Assembly: GCF_023230885.1 (NCBI RefSeq)
Contig: NZ_JALNWM010000001.1
Coordinates: 1 to 46,164, forward strand
Direction: 5' to 3'
Source of the DNA: Desulfocurvus sp.
GTDB taxonomy: Bacteria; Desulfobacterota; Desulfovibrionia; Desulfovibrionales; Desulfovibrionaceae
Length of the DNA: 46,164 bases
Shown here: positions 17,411 through 31,995 of the stretch, piece after piece
Layout: every line of letters starts with the position of its first letter
Numbering within the stretch: the first letter of the stretch is position 1
Position numbers and translations under genes: made by a program
The notes under the pieces: model-generated
Database searches by the model: none
What the model saw: the letters and a program-made list of their open reading frames with translations, nothing else
What the model was told of the DNA's origin: nothing

Positions 17411-17428
17411 TATGCTTGTGGCAGCATA
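17411..17428. promoter_or_regulatory. Palindromic operator candidate TATGCT-TGTGGC-AGCATA upstream of fdhA
   Basis: Perfect 6-bp arms 60-77 nt upstream of the fdhA ATG; same arms and spacing as 11811-11828. Confidence 0.65.
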
Positions 17429-18203
17429 TTGAGAAAGACGAGCCGCCCTTGCCCCATGCGCGGGCTTCGCCTCCGGGGCGGCCCATCTGCGGGCCGGGAC
17501 CGGAGTATCATGACTATCCTCCTATGACCCGGGGGCCGTGGGGTCAAAAACAGGAGGAATGCGCACCCTTTTGCACCTGGGAGCCCTGTTTTTCTGCTTT
17601 AGCCTTCCGTTTTAATTCTTTTTTCCTGTTTTTTGTCTCCGCTGGCCCCCGGCCCGGCCCGGCGGACCCGCCCGGGGGCGGCGCGGCCCGCCCGGGGCAG
17701 ACGCGCCAGTCGGGGTTGCGGCCGTTTCTCCCGCTTTATCAACGCTTCAGCGAAAGTTGTTCGGCGCATCGATTGGCATGTCAATCTCTTCAAATGTCCA
17801 CAGTCCGCCGCCGATACGGACCGAATCATATTATCTGATGGTTCGTATTTATTTTTCGCTATCCCCGCGCGCCGTTTCGCCACGCAACGGGGTGCCGCTT
17901 CGTGCCCCGTTGCGCGTGTGCGCGGTCTTGGCGCGGGGGTGGCGCAGGCGGCACACGCGCCCGCCCCGCCGCAAAAGGGCGCGAAAGCCGCCGCCGGAAA
18001 CCCTCCGCCCGCAGGGCCGTGTGGAGAGGCGGGCCAAAACGTCATCCTGTGCCGTTGTACTTCTTTTGCCGCGTGGTTCAGTGGCGAATTTATAGTATTC
18101 ATCTCCGGTAAAAAATATATAATTTTGATTTTAATGTTCGAATGCACATGGTTTATTCATTTCGAAAGTAATGTCATCTCTAAATGATGCAGCTCTATCC
18201 TAT

Positions 18204-18234
18204 TTGACATGGCCGCCATGATACCGTATATAAT
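18204..18234 (+). promoter_or_regulatory. Sigma70-type promoter candidate for the ABC transporter-ablAB operon
   Basis: TTGACA (18204-18209) and TATAAT (18229-18234; 19-bp spacer), or TATATA at 17 bp, downstream of an AT-rich tract. Confidence 0.6.
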
Positions 18235-18480
18235 GTCGAAGTTTGTTTCGGGTATCAAGATTTGTGGAGTGATTTTCTTCGATTGATCCTCTTCCTGCCG
18301 CCCTTGATTCACCCGGATCATGCGCATGCCAGGTGTTGCTGATTTTTACGCCACGCCCGGCGTCATGCCCCATCGTGCCCCGGTTTCCTTTGGTCCGCCC
18401 GCCTTGGCCGCGCGTCTTGCGCCTCGCCCGCGGCGGCGCCCGGGGGGCGTCCCTGTCAACCGCAAGCCAAGGAGCAGCCC

Positions 18481-19275
18481 ATGCCGAACCTTCCTAAACC
18501 ATTGCGCGCCCTGCCGCTGCTGGCCGCGTGCTGTCTCGTCGTCCTGACGGCCGGATGCGGCCGGGAGCCGGAAACCGCCCTGGAGCGGGTCAAGGCCGCC
18601 GGGGAGATCAGCTTCGCCATGAGCGGCGGCTATCCGCCGTTCAATTTCTACAACGAAAGCAACGAGCTGGTCGGATTCGACGTGGACGTGGCCACCGAGG
18701 TGGCCAGGCGCCTGGGCGTGAAGCTGAAGCCCGTGACCACCGAGTGGAGCGGGATCATCGAGGGCCTGCGCGCCGGAGCCTACGACGGCATCCTGGGCAG
18801 CATGGCCATTACCGAGGAGCGGCAGAAGGTCGTGGATTTCTCGCAGCCGTACTATTACTCCGGCGCGCAGCTCCTGGTGCGCGAGGACGCGCCCTACGCC
18901 GTGCCCGCCGAACTGGCCGGACGCGCGGTGGGGCTGGTCACGGGGACGACCTTCGAGGGCGACGCCAAGGCCCTGGGGGCGGGCGAGGTGCGCCTGTACA
19001 AGGACGATACCCAGACCCTCCTTGAGTTGGACAACGGCGTCGTCGACGCGGTGATCACCGACCGCGTGGTCGGCATCGGGGCCATGAACAGCGGCAAATT
19101 CGCCGTCCGCCTGCTGGGCGGCCCCCTGCGCAGCGAGGACATCGGCGTGGCCTTCCGCAAGGACGACGGCGCCCTGCGCGACGCGGTGAACGCCATTCTC
19201 GCGGCCATGCGCGAGGACGGCACGCTGACAGCCTGTTCCATGCGCTGGCTCGGGGTGGACGTTTCGGTCCGCTAG
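18481..19275 (+). CDS. Polar amino acid ABC transporter substrate-binding lipoprotein
   Basis: Lipobox TAGC; YPPFNF, GFDVDV, AITEERQKVVDFSQPYY (SBP family 3); AAGGAG RBS. Confidence 0.93.
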   Translation: MPNLPKPLRALPLLAACCLVVLTAGCGREPETALERVKAAGEISFAMSGGYPPFNFYNESNELVGFDVDVATEVARRLGVKLKPVTTEWSGIIEGLRAGAYDGILGSMAITEERQKVVDFSQPYYYSGAQLLVREDAPYAVPAELAGRAVGLVTGTTFEGDAKALGAGEVRLYKDDTQTLLELDNGVVDAVITDRVVGIGAMNSGKFAVRLLGGPLRSEDIGVAFRKDDGALRDAVNAILAAMREDGTLTACSMRWLGVDVSVR

Positions 19276-19335
19276 CCATCCCCGGCGGGGCGGCGCGTCC
19301 GCCCCGCCTTCCTTCGCCATCCCGAGGACGCAACC

Positions 19336-19995
19336 ATGCACTACGACGTTTCGGTGCTCGCGCACTATTTTCCCTATTTTCTGCCCGCGGCGTGGATGAC
19401 CCTGCAGGTCACCGTGCTGGGCATCGCCCTGGGCCTGGCCCTGGGCCTGGGTACGGCCTTCCTCCAGCTGTCGCCGCGCCTAGCCCTGAACGGCCCGGCA
19501 CGGCTGTACATCTACGTTATCCGCGGCACGCCGCTTTTGTTGCAGCTGCTGTTCATCTACTACGGCCTGCGCGGGGTGCTGGGGCTTGCGGCGGTGCCCT
19601 CGGCCGTGTTGGCCCTTGGCGTCCACAACGGCGCCTACATCGCGGTGATCTTCGCCGGGGCCATCCGCTCCATCTCCGGCGGGCAGATGGAGGCCGCGCG
19701 CTCCCTGGGCATGACCCACGCCCGGGCCATGCGCCGGATCATCCTGCCCCAGGCGCTCAAGCGCGCGGTGCCGCCCCTGGGCAACCAGTTCATCATCGCC
19801 CTCAAGGATTCGTCCCTGGCCAGCACCATCACCATCAACGAGCTGTTGCTCAAGTCCCAGCAACTGGCCTCCAGCAACTTCATGATGATGGAGATGCTGA
19901 CCATCGCCGCGTTGTTCTACCTGCTCTACACCGGCCTGTTCACGGTGCTTTTCCGCAGGGTGGAGCGCCGCCTGGAGGCCGGTGGCTATGCCTAG
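19336..19995 (+). CDS. Amino acid ABC transporter permease
   Basis: [13 protein letters not shown] motif [17 protein letters not shown]. Confidence 0.94.
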   Translation: MHYDVSVLAHYFPYFLPAAWMTLQVTVLGIALGLALGLGTAFLQLSPRLALNGPARLYIYVIRGTPLLLQLLFIYYGLRGVLGLAAVPSAVLALGVHNGAYIAVIFAGAIRSISGGQMEAARSLGMTHARAMRRIILPQALKRAVPPLGNQFIIALKDSSLASTITINELLLKSQQLASSNFMMMEMLTIAALFYLLYTGLFTVLFRRVERRLEAGGYA

Positions 19996-20005
19996 GAGGG
20001 CGCCA

Positions 20006-20728
20006 ATGATCGAGATCCGCGGCCTGCACAAGTATTTTGGCGACAACCACGTCCTGCGCGGGGTGGACATGACGGTGGGCCAGTCCGAGGTGGTGGTGGT
20101 CATCGGCGCCAGCGGCTCGGGCAAGAGCACGCTCCTGCGCTGCGTGAACAAGCTGGAGCGCTTCCGGAAGGGCGAGGTGCGCATCCGGGGCGAGGTGGTG
20201 CCCGAGGACGAGCGGGCCATCAACCGCATGCGCACCCATGTGGGCATGGTTTTTCAGCATTTCAATCTGTTTCCGCACATGACGGTGCTTGGCAACGTCA
20301 TGGAGGGCCCGGTGCAGGTCAAGGGCGTGCCCCGGGCCCAGGCGCGCAGGACGGGCCTGGGCTACCTGGAAAAGGTCGGCCTGGGCGACAAGGTGGACGC
20401 CTATCCCGGGATGCTCTCGGGCGGGCAGAAACAGCGCGTGGCCATCGCCCGCGCCCTGGCTATGGAGCCCGACGCCATGCTCTTCGACGAGCCCACCAGC
20501 GCCCTGGACCCCGAGCTGGTGGGCGAGGTGCTGGGCGTCATGCGCGAGCTGGCCGCCGAGGGCATGACCATGATGGTCGTGACCCACGAGATGGGCTTCG
20601 CCCGCGAGGTGGCCGACACCGTGTACTTCATGGACGAGGGGGTCGTGGTGGAGCAGGGCCCGCCCGAGCGGATTTTCGAGACCCCGGAGCAGCCCAGGAC
20701 CCGCGAGTTCCTCGCGCAGATCCTGTAG
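20006..20728 (+). CDS. Amino acid ABC transporter ATP-binding protein (GlnQ-like)
   Basis: ATG at 20006 after AGGAGG. Walker [39 protein letters not shown]. Confidence 0.95.
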   Translation: MIEIRGLHKYFGDNHVLRGVDMTVGQSEVVVVIGASGSGKSTLLRCVNKLERFRKGEVRIRGEVVPEDERAINRMRTHVGMVFQHFNLFPHMTVLGNVMEGPVQVKGVPRAQARRTGLGYLEKVGLGDKVDAYPGMLSGGQKQRVAIARALAMEPDAMLFDEPTSALDPELVGEVLGVMRELAAEGMTMMVVTHEMGFAREVADTVYFMDEGVVVEQGPPERIFETPEQPRTREFLAQIL

Positions 20729-20757
20729 GCCGCGCCAACCGCAACCCGAGGAGGACC

Positions 20758-22074
20758 ATGCAGGCTTTCAACGAACACCAACGCGAGGTCGCCCGCCGCA
20801 TCAGCGCCGGGGCCGACCAGGGCAACTGGACCGACTGGCGCTGGCACCTGAGGCATTCGGTGCGCGACGTGGAAACCTTCGAGCGCCTGGCCGGATTCCG
20901 CCTGGACCCCGAGCACCGCGCGCGCGTGGCCCTGACCGCCGGGCGCTTTCCCATGTCCGTCACGCCGTACTACCTCTCGCTCATCGACGCCAACGACTAC
21001 GCCGGGGATCCCGTGTTCCGCCAGTCGTTCCCCTCGCCGCGCGAGCTGGAGATCGGCCCCCACGACATGGCCGACCCGCTGCACGAGGACCGCGACAGCC
21101 CCGCCCCGGGCATCACCCACCGCTACCCCGACCGGGTGCTCTTCCACGTCAGCAACCTGTGCTCCATGTACTGCCGCCACTGCACGCGCAAGCGCAAGGT
21201 CGGCGACGCCGAGGGCGTGCCCTCGCGCCGCGACCTGGAGGCCGGGCTGGCCTATATCCGCAACACCCCGGCGGTGCGCGACGTGCTGCTCTCCGGCGGC
21301 GATCCGCTGATGCTGTCCGACGAGCGGCTGGATTGGCTGCTGGGCGAGCTGGGGCGCATCGGCCATGTGGAGGTCGTGCGCATCGGCACACGCATGCCCG
21401 TGGTGCTGCCCTACCGGATCACCGACGATCTGGTGGCCATGCTGCGCACCCACCACCCCCTGTGGCTGAACACGCATTTCAACCACCCGCGCGAGCTCAC
21501 GCGCTCGTCGCGCCGGGCCCTGGCGCGCCTGGCCGATGCGGGCATCCCCCTGGGCAACCAGACCGTGCTCCTGGCCGGGGTCAACGACTGCCCGCGCATC
21601 ATGCGCGCCCTGGTGCGCAAGCTGGTTCGCGCCCGGGTGCGGCCCTATTACATATACCAGTGCGACCTCTCCGAGGGCCTGGCCCACTTCCGCACCCCGG
21701 TGGCCAAGGGCATGGAGATCATGGAGAGCCTGCGCGGGCACACCAGCGGCTTCGCCGTGCCGACCTACGTCATCGACGCGCCCGGCGGCGGGGGCAAGAT
21801 TCCGGTCATGCCCAACTACATCCTGTCCTGGGGCGTGAACAAGATCGTGCTGCGCAACTACGAAGGCGTCATCGCCACCTACGACGAGCCCGACGACTAC
21901 CGCGCCGCCGGGTGCGACCGGCGCTGCGACGCCTGCTCCCTGAGCCTCATGACCGACGACGCCGAGGAGTGGACCGCCGTGGGCATCGAGAAGCTCATCA
22001 CCGACTGGGACGACACGCGCAGCCTGACCCCGCGGGGCAACGAGCGGCTGGAGCGCAGGCGCCATGACCACTAG
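20758..22074 (+). CDS. ablA: Lysine 2,3-aminomutase (KamA/AblA)
   Basis: [54 protein letters not shown] (PLP lysine), C-terminal CDRRCDAC. Confidence 0.95.
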   Translation: MQAFNEHQREVARRISAGADQGNWTDWRWHLRHSVRDVETFERLAGFRLDPEHRARVALTAGRFPMSVTPYYLSLIDANDYAGDPVFRQSFPSPRELEIGPHDMADPLHEDRDSPAPGITHRYPDRVLFHVSNLCSMYCRHCTRKRKVGDAEGVPSRRDLEAGLAYIRNTPAVRDVLLSGGDPLMLSDERLDWLLGELGRIGHVEVVRIGTRMPVVLPYRITDDLVAMLRTHHPLWLNTHFNHPRELTRSSRRALARLADAGIPLGNQTVLLAGVNDCPRIMRALVRKLVRARVRPYYIYQCDLSEGLAHFRTPVAKGMEIMESLRGHTSGFAVPTYVIDAPGGGGKIPVMPNYILSWGVNKIVLRNYEGVIATYDEPDDYRAAGCDRRCDACSLSLMTDDAEEWTAVGIEKLITDWDDTRSLTPRGNERLERRRHDH

Positions 22075-22912
22075 CGCCGACCGCATCGCCGCCCTGGGCG
22101 GCTCCACGGTGCAGCACGGGCCGCAGTCCAACCGCGTGTACCTGATGCACCTGGACCCCGGCGACTGCCCGCAGATCGTGGATGTGCTGGACGACATGGC
22201 CAGGCACCGGGGCTACACCAAGGTCTTCGCCAAGGTTCCCGCGTGCGAGACGCGCTGGTTCCTGCGCCGGGGCTATCGTGAGGAGGCCGTGGTGCCGGGG
22301 TTTTTCGCCGGGCGCGAGGACGGGGTGTTCCTGGGCAAGTTCCTGTGCCCCCGGCGGCGCGAGCCCGCCGACCCCGCGGCCCTGGCCGGGGTGGTGCGCG
22401 CGGCGCGGGCCAAGGCCGCCGCGCCGCGCCGCGCCCCGGCCCTGGCTCCGGGGCTGGCCCTGGCCCCGCCCGGCCCGGAGCACGTCGAGGTCATGGCCGG
22501 GCTTTACTCCCGCGTCTTCGCCAGTTATCCCTTCCCCATCCACGACCCGGCCTACCTGCGCCGGGCCCTGGAGCAGGGCGTGGTCTTCATGGGCGCCTGG
22601 CACGACGGGGAGCTGGTGGGGCTGGCCTCGGCCGAGCCCGACTACGCCGCGCGCAACGCCGAGATGACCGACTTCGCCGTGCTGCCCCGGCAGCGGGGCA
22701 AGGCCCTGGCCCGCCACCTGCTGCGGGCCCTGGAGAAGGACATGGCCGGGCGCGGGGTGGACCTGTTCTACACCATCGCCCGGGCCGCCTCGCACGGCAT
22801 GAACGCGACCTTCGCCCGCCAGGGCTACCGTTTCGCCGGAACGCTGGTGAACAACACGCACATCGCGGGCGGCATCGAAAGCATGAATGTCTGGTACCGG
22901 CGCCGGAGCTGA
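22064..22912 (+). CDS. ablB: Putative beta-lysine N6-acetyltransferase (GNAT)
   Basis: Overlaps ablA by 11 nt. [58 protein letters not shown] are typical of AblB. Confidence 0.9.
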   Translation: MTTSADRIAALGGSTVQHGPQSNRVYLMHLDPGDCPQIVDVLDDMARHRGYTKVFAKVPACETRWFLRRGYREEAVVPGFFAGREDGVFLGKFLCPRRREPADPAALAGVVRAARAKAAAPRRAPALAPGLALAPPGPEHVEVMAGLYSRVFASYPFPIHDPAYLRRALEQGVVFMGAWHDGELVGLASAEPDYAARNAEMTDFAVLPRQRGKALARHLLRALEKDMAGRGVDLFYTIARAASHGMNATFARQGYRFAGTLVNNTHIAGGIESMNVWYRRRS

Positions 22913-23026
22913 GGGCGCGCGGTGCGGGCGGACGCGGGGTCCGTCCGCGCCGGGGCCCCCGGGCCCGGTGCCGCCGCAGCAGCCATAAGACCGGCGCGCC
23001 GCCAGGCGGCGCTCCTCGGGGAGGCC

Positions 23027-23890
23027 ATGACCCGTTCGCGTTTCGACCTGACCTATTCCGTGCCCTGGAACCTCGGGCTCATCTTCGTGGGCTCGGTGCT
23101 GTTCTCCCTGGGCGCCAAGGCCATCGTGGCGCCCCACGGCTTCGTGTCCGGCGGGGTGTTCGGCGTGGCGCTGCTGGCCCACTATTCCACCGGGCTGGCC
23201 AGCCCCGGGGTGCTCTATTTCCTTTTGAACATCCCGCTCTTCGCCCTGGCCTGGTTCTTCATCAGCCGCCGCTTCCTCTACTACAGCCTGTGGGCTATGG
23301 TCGTGTCCTCGGTGGCCTTCGAGGTCATCCAGGCCGATTTCGGCATCCGCGACCCGCTGCACGCGGCCATCGCCGCCGGGGTGGTCTGCGGGGCGGGGGT
23401 GGGCATGGTCCTGCGCTCCCTGGGGTCCAACGGCGGGCTGGACGTGGTCGCCGTGATGCTCTTCCAGCGCTACAACCTGGGCATCGGCAAGTTCTACTTC
23501 CTGTTCAACCTGGGCCTGTTCTCCATGACCCTGGCCGCACTTGACGTGGACCTGGTCATCGATTCGCTGATCATGGTCTTCATCACCTCGGTGGTCATGG
23601 AGTATTTTCTGGCCCTGTTCTCCCAGCGCAAGGTGGTCTACATCATCTCCGACGCCAGCGAGCGCATCTGCCAGCGCCTGCGCGACGAGCTGAGCCTGGG
23701 CGGCACGTTCATCCAGGGCCGGGGCGCCTACACGGGCAACCCCAAGGACATCCTGATGACCGTGGTCAACAACGTGCAGCTCAAGCGCCTGGAGGAGGTT
23801 GTCTTCACCACCGACGAGCACGCCCTGTTCATCGCCGAGAACACGTTCAGCGTCATCGGCTCGTCGTTCTCGCGGCGCAAGATATACTGA
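23027..23890 (+). CDS. YitT family membrane protein
   Basis: ATG at 23027 after GGGGAGG. SGGVFG, NIPLF, GSNGGLD, GRGAYTG, DEHALF; multiple TM segments. Confidence 0.88.
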   Translation: MTRSRFDLTYSVPWNLGLIFVGSVLFSLGAKAIVAPHGFVSGGVFGVALLAHYSTGLASPGVLYFLLNIPLFALAWFFISRRFLYYSLWAMVVSSVAFEVIQADFGIRDPLHAAIAAGVVCGAGVGMVLRSLGSNGGLDVVAVMLFQRYNLGIGKFYFLFNLGLFSMTLAALDVDLVIDSLIMVFITSVVMEYFLALFSQRKVVYIISDASERICQRLRDELSLGGTFIQGRGAYTGNPKDILMTVVNNVQLKRLEEVVFTTDEHALFIAENTFSVIGSSFSRRKIY

Positions 23891-23922
23891 CCGGAGCGGC
23901 GACCCGGGCCGGAAGCGGCGGG

Positions 23923-24919
<997 letters not shown>

Positions 24920-24927
<8 letters not shown>

Positions 24928-25498
24928 CGTCTTGCGCCATCCTTGAAAGCAGGGGGCCGATGTCCTCCGGGGGCAGGACATGGTCCGCCCGGGTGGCCGC
25001 CAGGGCCGCCCGGGGCATTTCGGGAGCGACTGCCGTCGCGGGAGCCTGCACGATGGTCCGCCCGCCCGCGCGGGCTATGGCCGCCAGGCCCCTGCTGCCG
25101 TCCTCGTTGCCGCCCGTGAGCACCACTCCGACCAGGGCCGGGCCGAAGGCCAGCGCGGCCGTTTCGAAAAGCACGTCCACCGAGGGCCGCGCGAAGCAGA
25201 CCCGCCCCTCCGTGGACAGGGACAGGGTCGCGTCCCGTTCCACCAGCAGGTGGTAGTTGGGGGGTGCGAGATACGCCGTTCCGGGCCTTGGGGTCTCCTT
25301 CTCGTCGGCCTCCTTGACGCGGATGCGGCAGCGCTCGTCCAGCAGCTCGGGAATGGCCGTGGCCGCTGCGGGGCTTATGTGCTGCACCACCAGCACGGGC
25401 AGGGGGAAGTCGGCCTCAAGGGCGCCGAGCACCAGGGCCAGGGCCTCCATGCCGCCGGCCGAGGCCCCCACGACCACGGCCCTCGGGCGGGGGCTCAT
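24920..25498 (-). CDS. cheB: CheB-type methylesterase, catalytic domain only
   Basis: Start [16 protein letters not shown] (ATGA overlap). Catalytic motifs GASAGG, VQH, RPSVDVLF, LTGGNEDG; no receiver domain. Confidence 0.9.
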
Positions 25499-26393
25499 GG
25501 TTCGTCCTCCCGCGCCGCGCCGGGCGCCAGCCTGCGCCGGAAGATCTTCTGCCCCGCCAGCACCTGCTCGAAGGCCTGGGGGTGCCCGGAGAACTGCATG
25601 CTCTCCTTGGTGCCCAGGCACAGGAACCCCCCCGGGCACAGGCTGTCGTGGAACAGGTCCAGCACCCGGGCCTGGAGCTGGGCGTTGAAGTAGATGAGCA
25701 CGTTGCGGCAGAAGATGAGGTGCATCTCGCCGAAAACCCCGTCGGTGACGAGGTTGTGCTCGGAAAAGACGATGTTGGCGCGCAGGGAGCGGTCGAGCAG
25801 GGCGCTGTCGTAGCGCGCGGTGTAGTGGTCGGCGAAGGAGCCCTCGCCCCCGGCGGCCTGGTAGTTGCGCGTGTAGTTGCGCATGGCCTCCAGGGGGTAG
25901 ATGCCGTCCTTGGCGCGGCGCAGGGCCTCGGGGTTGAAGTCCGTGGCGTATATCCGCGCGCGGCCCTCCAGCCCTGCCTCGCGCAGCACGATGGCCATGG
26001 AGTAGACCTCCTCGCCCGTGGCGCAGCCCGCGTGCCAGATCTTCACGAAGGGCCATGTGCGCAGGCGGGGCACGATCTCCTCGCGCAGGGCGCGGTAGAA
26101 GGGCGGGTCGCGGAACATCTCGGTGACGTTGATGGACAGCGCGGCCAGCAGGGAGCCGAAGAATTCGCGGTCGGTCAGCGCGCGGTGCATCATCTCCGCC
26201 ACGTTGCCCATGCCGGCCATGTCCATGCGGTGCAGCAGGCGGCGGCGGACGTGGGCCCGCGAGTAGTCGCGGAAATCGTAGCCCCAGCGGCGGAAGACCG
26301 CCTCCAGCAGGCAGTCGACCTCGATGTCGACCACGTCGGCCCCGTTGTCGGGGGGGGCGCCGGGCGCGGGGGTCGGTTCTTCGGTGTCGGTTC

Positions 26394-26397
<4 letters not shown>
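25495..26397 (-). CDS. cheR: CheR-type protein-glutamate methyltransferase
   Basis: Tail of ORF 25495..30792 from MRTDTEE (ATGA overlap). [38 protein letters not shown]. Confidence 0.92.
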
Positions 26398-30647
<4,250 letters not shown>

Positions 30648-30993
30648 GTGGCGGCCTCGTCCGGACAGGTGCGCGGAAGGGCGCGGCGCTTTGCCTGTGC
30701 CGGTTCCGCGTGGGTTTTTCCACAAAAGCAGGATGTATCGCGAACGGATAATCCCTTGTTCCGTACATGCAACATCTGCTTTTTGCAAGCATTATGCTCG
30801 AAGATGCATCTCGTGACGATGTTGCGGACTGGTTTCAACATGTGAATAACTCTGTCGTGTTTCAGCGGGGGCGCCCCGGTGGGGTTCGGCCCGGCGGTGC
30901 GCCTTGAACCCGGGGCCCAAGGCGTCTATAGTGGCGTCCTGATGCGCCGGGCCGCACGGTCCGGCCGCGCGCAACCTCTGGCCGGGAGCCCTC

Positions 30994-31941
30994 ATGTCTT
31001 CCCCTGTGCGCTATGCGTACTATTCCATCGCGGCCTCGGTGCTGACCCTGGGCCTGAAGTTCGGGGCCTGGACGCTCACCGGCTCCGTGGGCCTGCTTTC
31101 CGACGCCACCGAATCGCTGGTGAACCTGGCGGCGGGCATGCTGGCGCTGTGGGCGCTGCTGGTGGCCGTGCAGCCCGCCGACGACGGCCATGCCTACGGC
31201 CACGGCAAGGCCGAGTATTTTTCCAGCGGCGCCGAGGGCGTGCTGATCATCGTCGCCGCCGGGGGCATCGTCTGGGCCGCCGTGGGCCGCTTCCTGGACC
31301 CCCAGCCCCTGGACCGCCTGGGCCTGGGGCTGGTCATGGCCCTGGCGGCCTCGGCGGTGAACTGGTTCACCGCCCGGGGCATGCTGCGAGCCGCGCGGCG
31401 CTACGACAGCATCACCCTGGAGGCCGACGCCAGGCATCTGATGACCGACGTGTGGACCTCGGCGGGGCTGGTGGCCGGGCTGGCGGTGCTGCTGGTGGCC
31501 CCGCCCTCCTGGGCCGTGCTCGACCCGATCATCGCCGTGGTCATGGCCGCCAATATCGTGGTCACGGGCGTGGGGCTGGTGCGCCGCTCCCTGGGCGGGC
31601 TCATGGACAAGGCCCTGCCCGAGGACGAAATGCGCGCCATCCACGAGGCCATCCGCGCCGTGGCCGGGCAGGGCGCCCTGTACCACGGCCTGCGCACCCG
31701 CAAGTCCGGCCCGCGCCGTTTTGTGGATTTCCATCTGCTGGTGCCCGGGGCGACGAGCGTGGCCCGGGCCCACACCCTGTGCGACGCCGTGGAGCTGTCC
31801 ATCGTCTCCCGCCTGCCGGGTACCCTGGTGACCATCCATGTGGAGCCCGAGGAGGAGCCTGCCTCCTTCGACGGCCATGCCGTGGGCGGGGCCTGCGCCG
31901 GCGGCGGCGACTGCGGGAGCTGCCCCGGCGCGGCGGATTGA
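30994..31941 (+). CDS. Cation diffusion facilitator (FieF-like) transporter
   Basis: GSVGLLSDATES, PADDGHAYGHGKAE, ADARHLMTD, DFHLLV, HVEP. Confidence 0.92.
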   Translation: MSSPVRYAYYSIAASVLTLGLKFGAWTLTGSVGLLSDATESLVNLAAGMLALWALLVAVQPADDGHAYGHGKAEYFSSGAEGVLIIVAAGGIVWAAVGRFLDPQPLDRLGLGLVMALAASAVNWFTARGMLRAARRYDSITLEADARHLMTDVWTSAGLVAGLAVLLVAPPSWAVLDPIIAVVMAANIVVTGVGLVRRSLGGLMDKALPEDEMRAIHEAIRAVAGQGALYHGLRTRKSGPRRFVDFHLLVPGATSVARAHTLCDAVELSIVSRLPGTLVTIHVEPEEEPASFDGHAVGGACAGGGDCGSCPGAAD

Positions 31942-31995
31942 GCCCGCGCCGCGCCGTTGCGCATCGCCGCGTTTTCCGGTAGGCGGACACCTCCT

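Noticed and set aside
17965..18035. c-di-GMP-I riboswitch-like GCAAA...GAAA pattern
   Set aside because: It lacks the GACGCAAA junction and the tetraloop receptor, pairs imperfectly, and lies upstream of the likely promoter.
18240..18480. Lysine riboswitch in the leader of the ABC-ablAB operon
   Set aside because: No AGAGG(U/C)GC start or other L-box hallmarks are visible.
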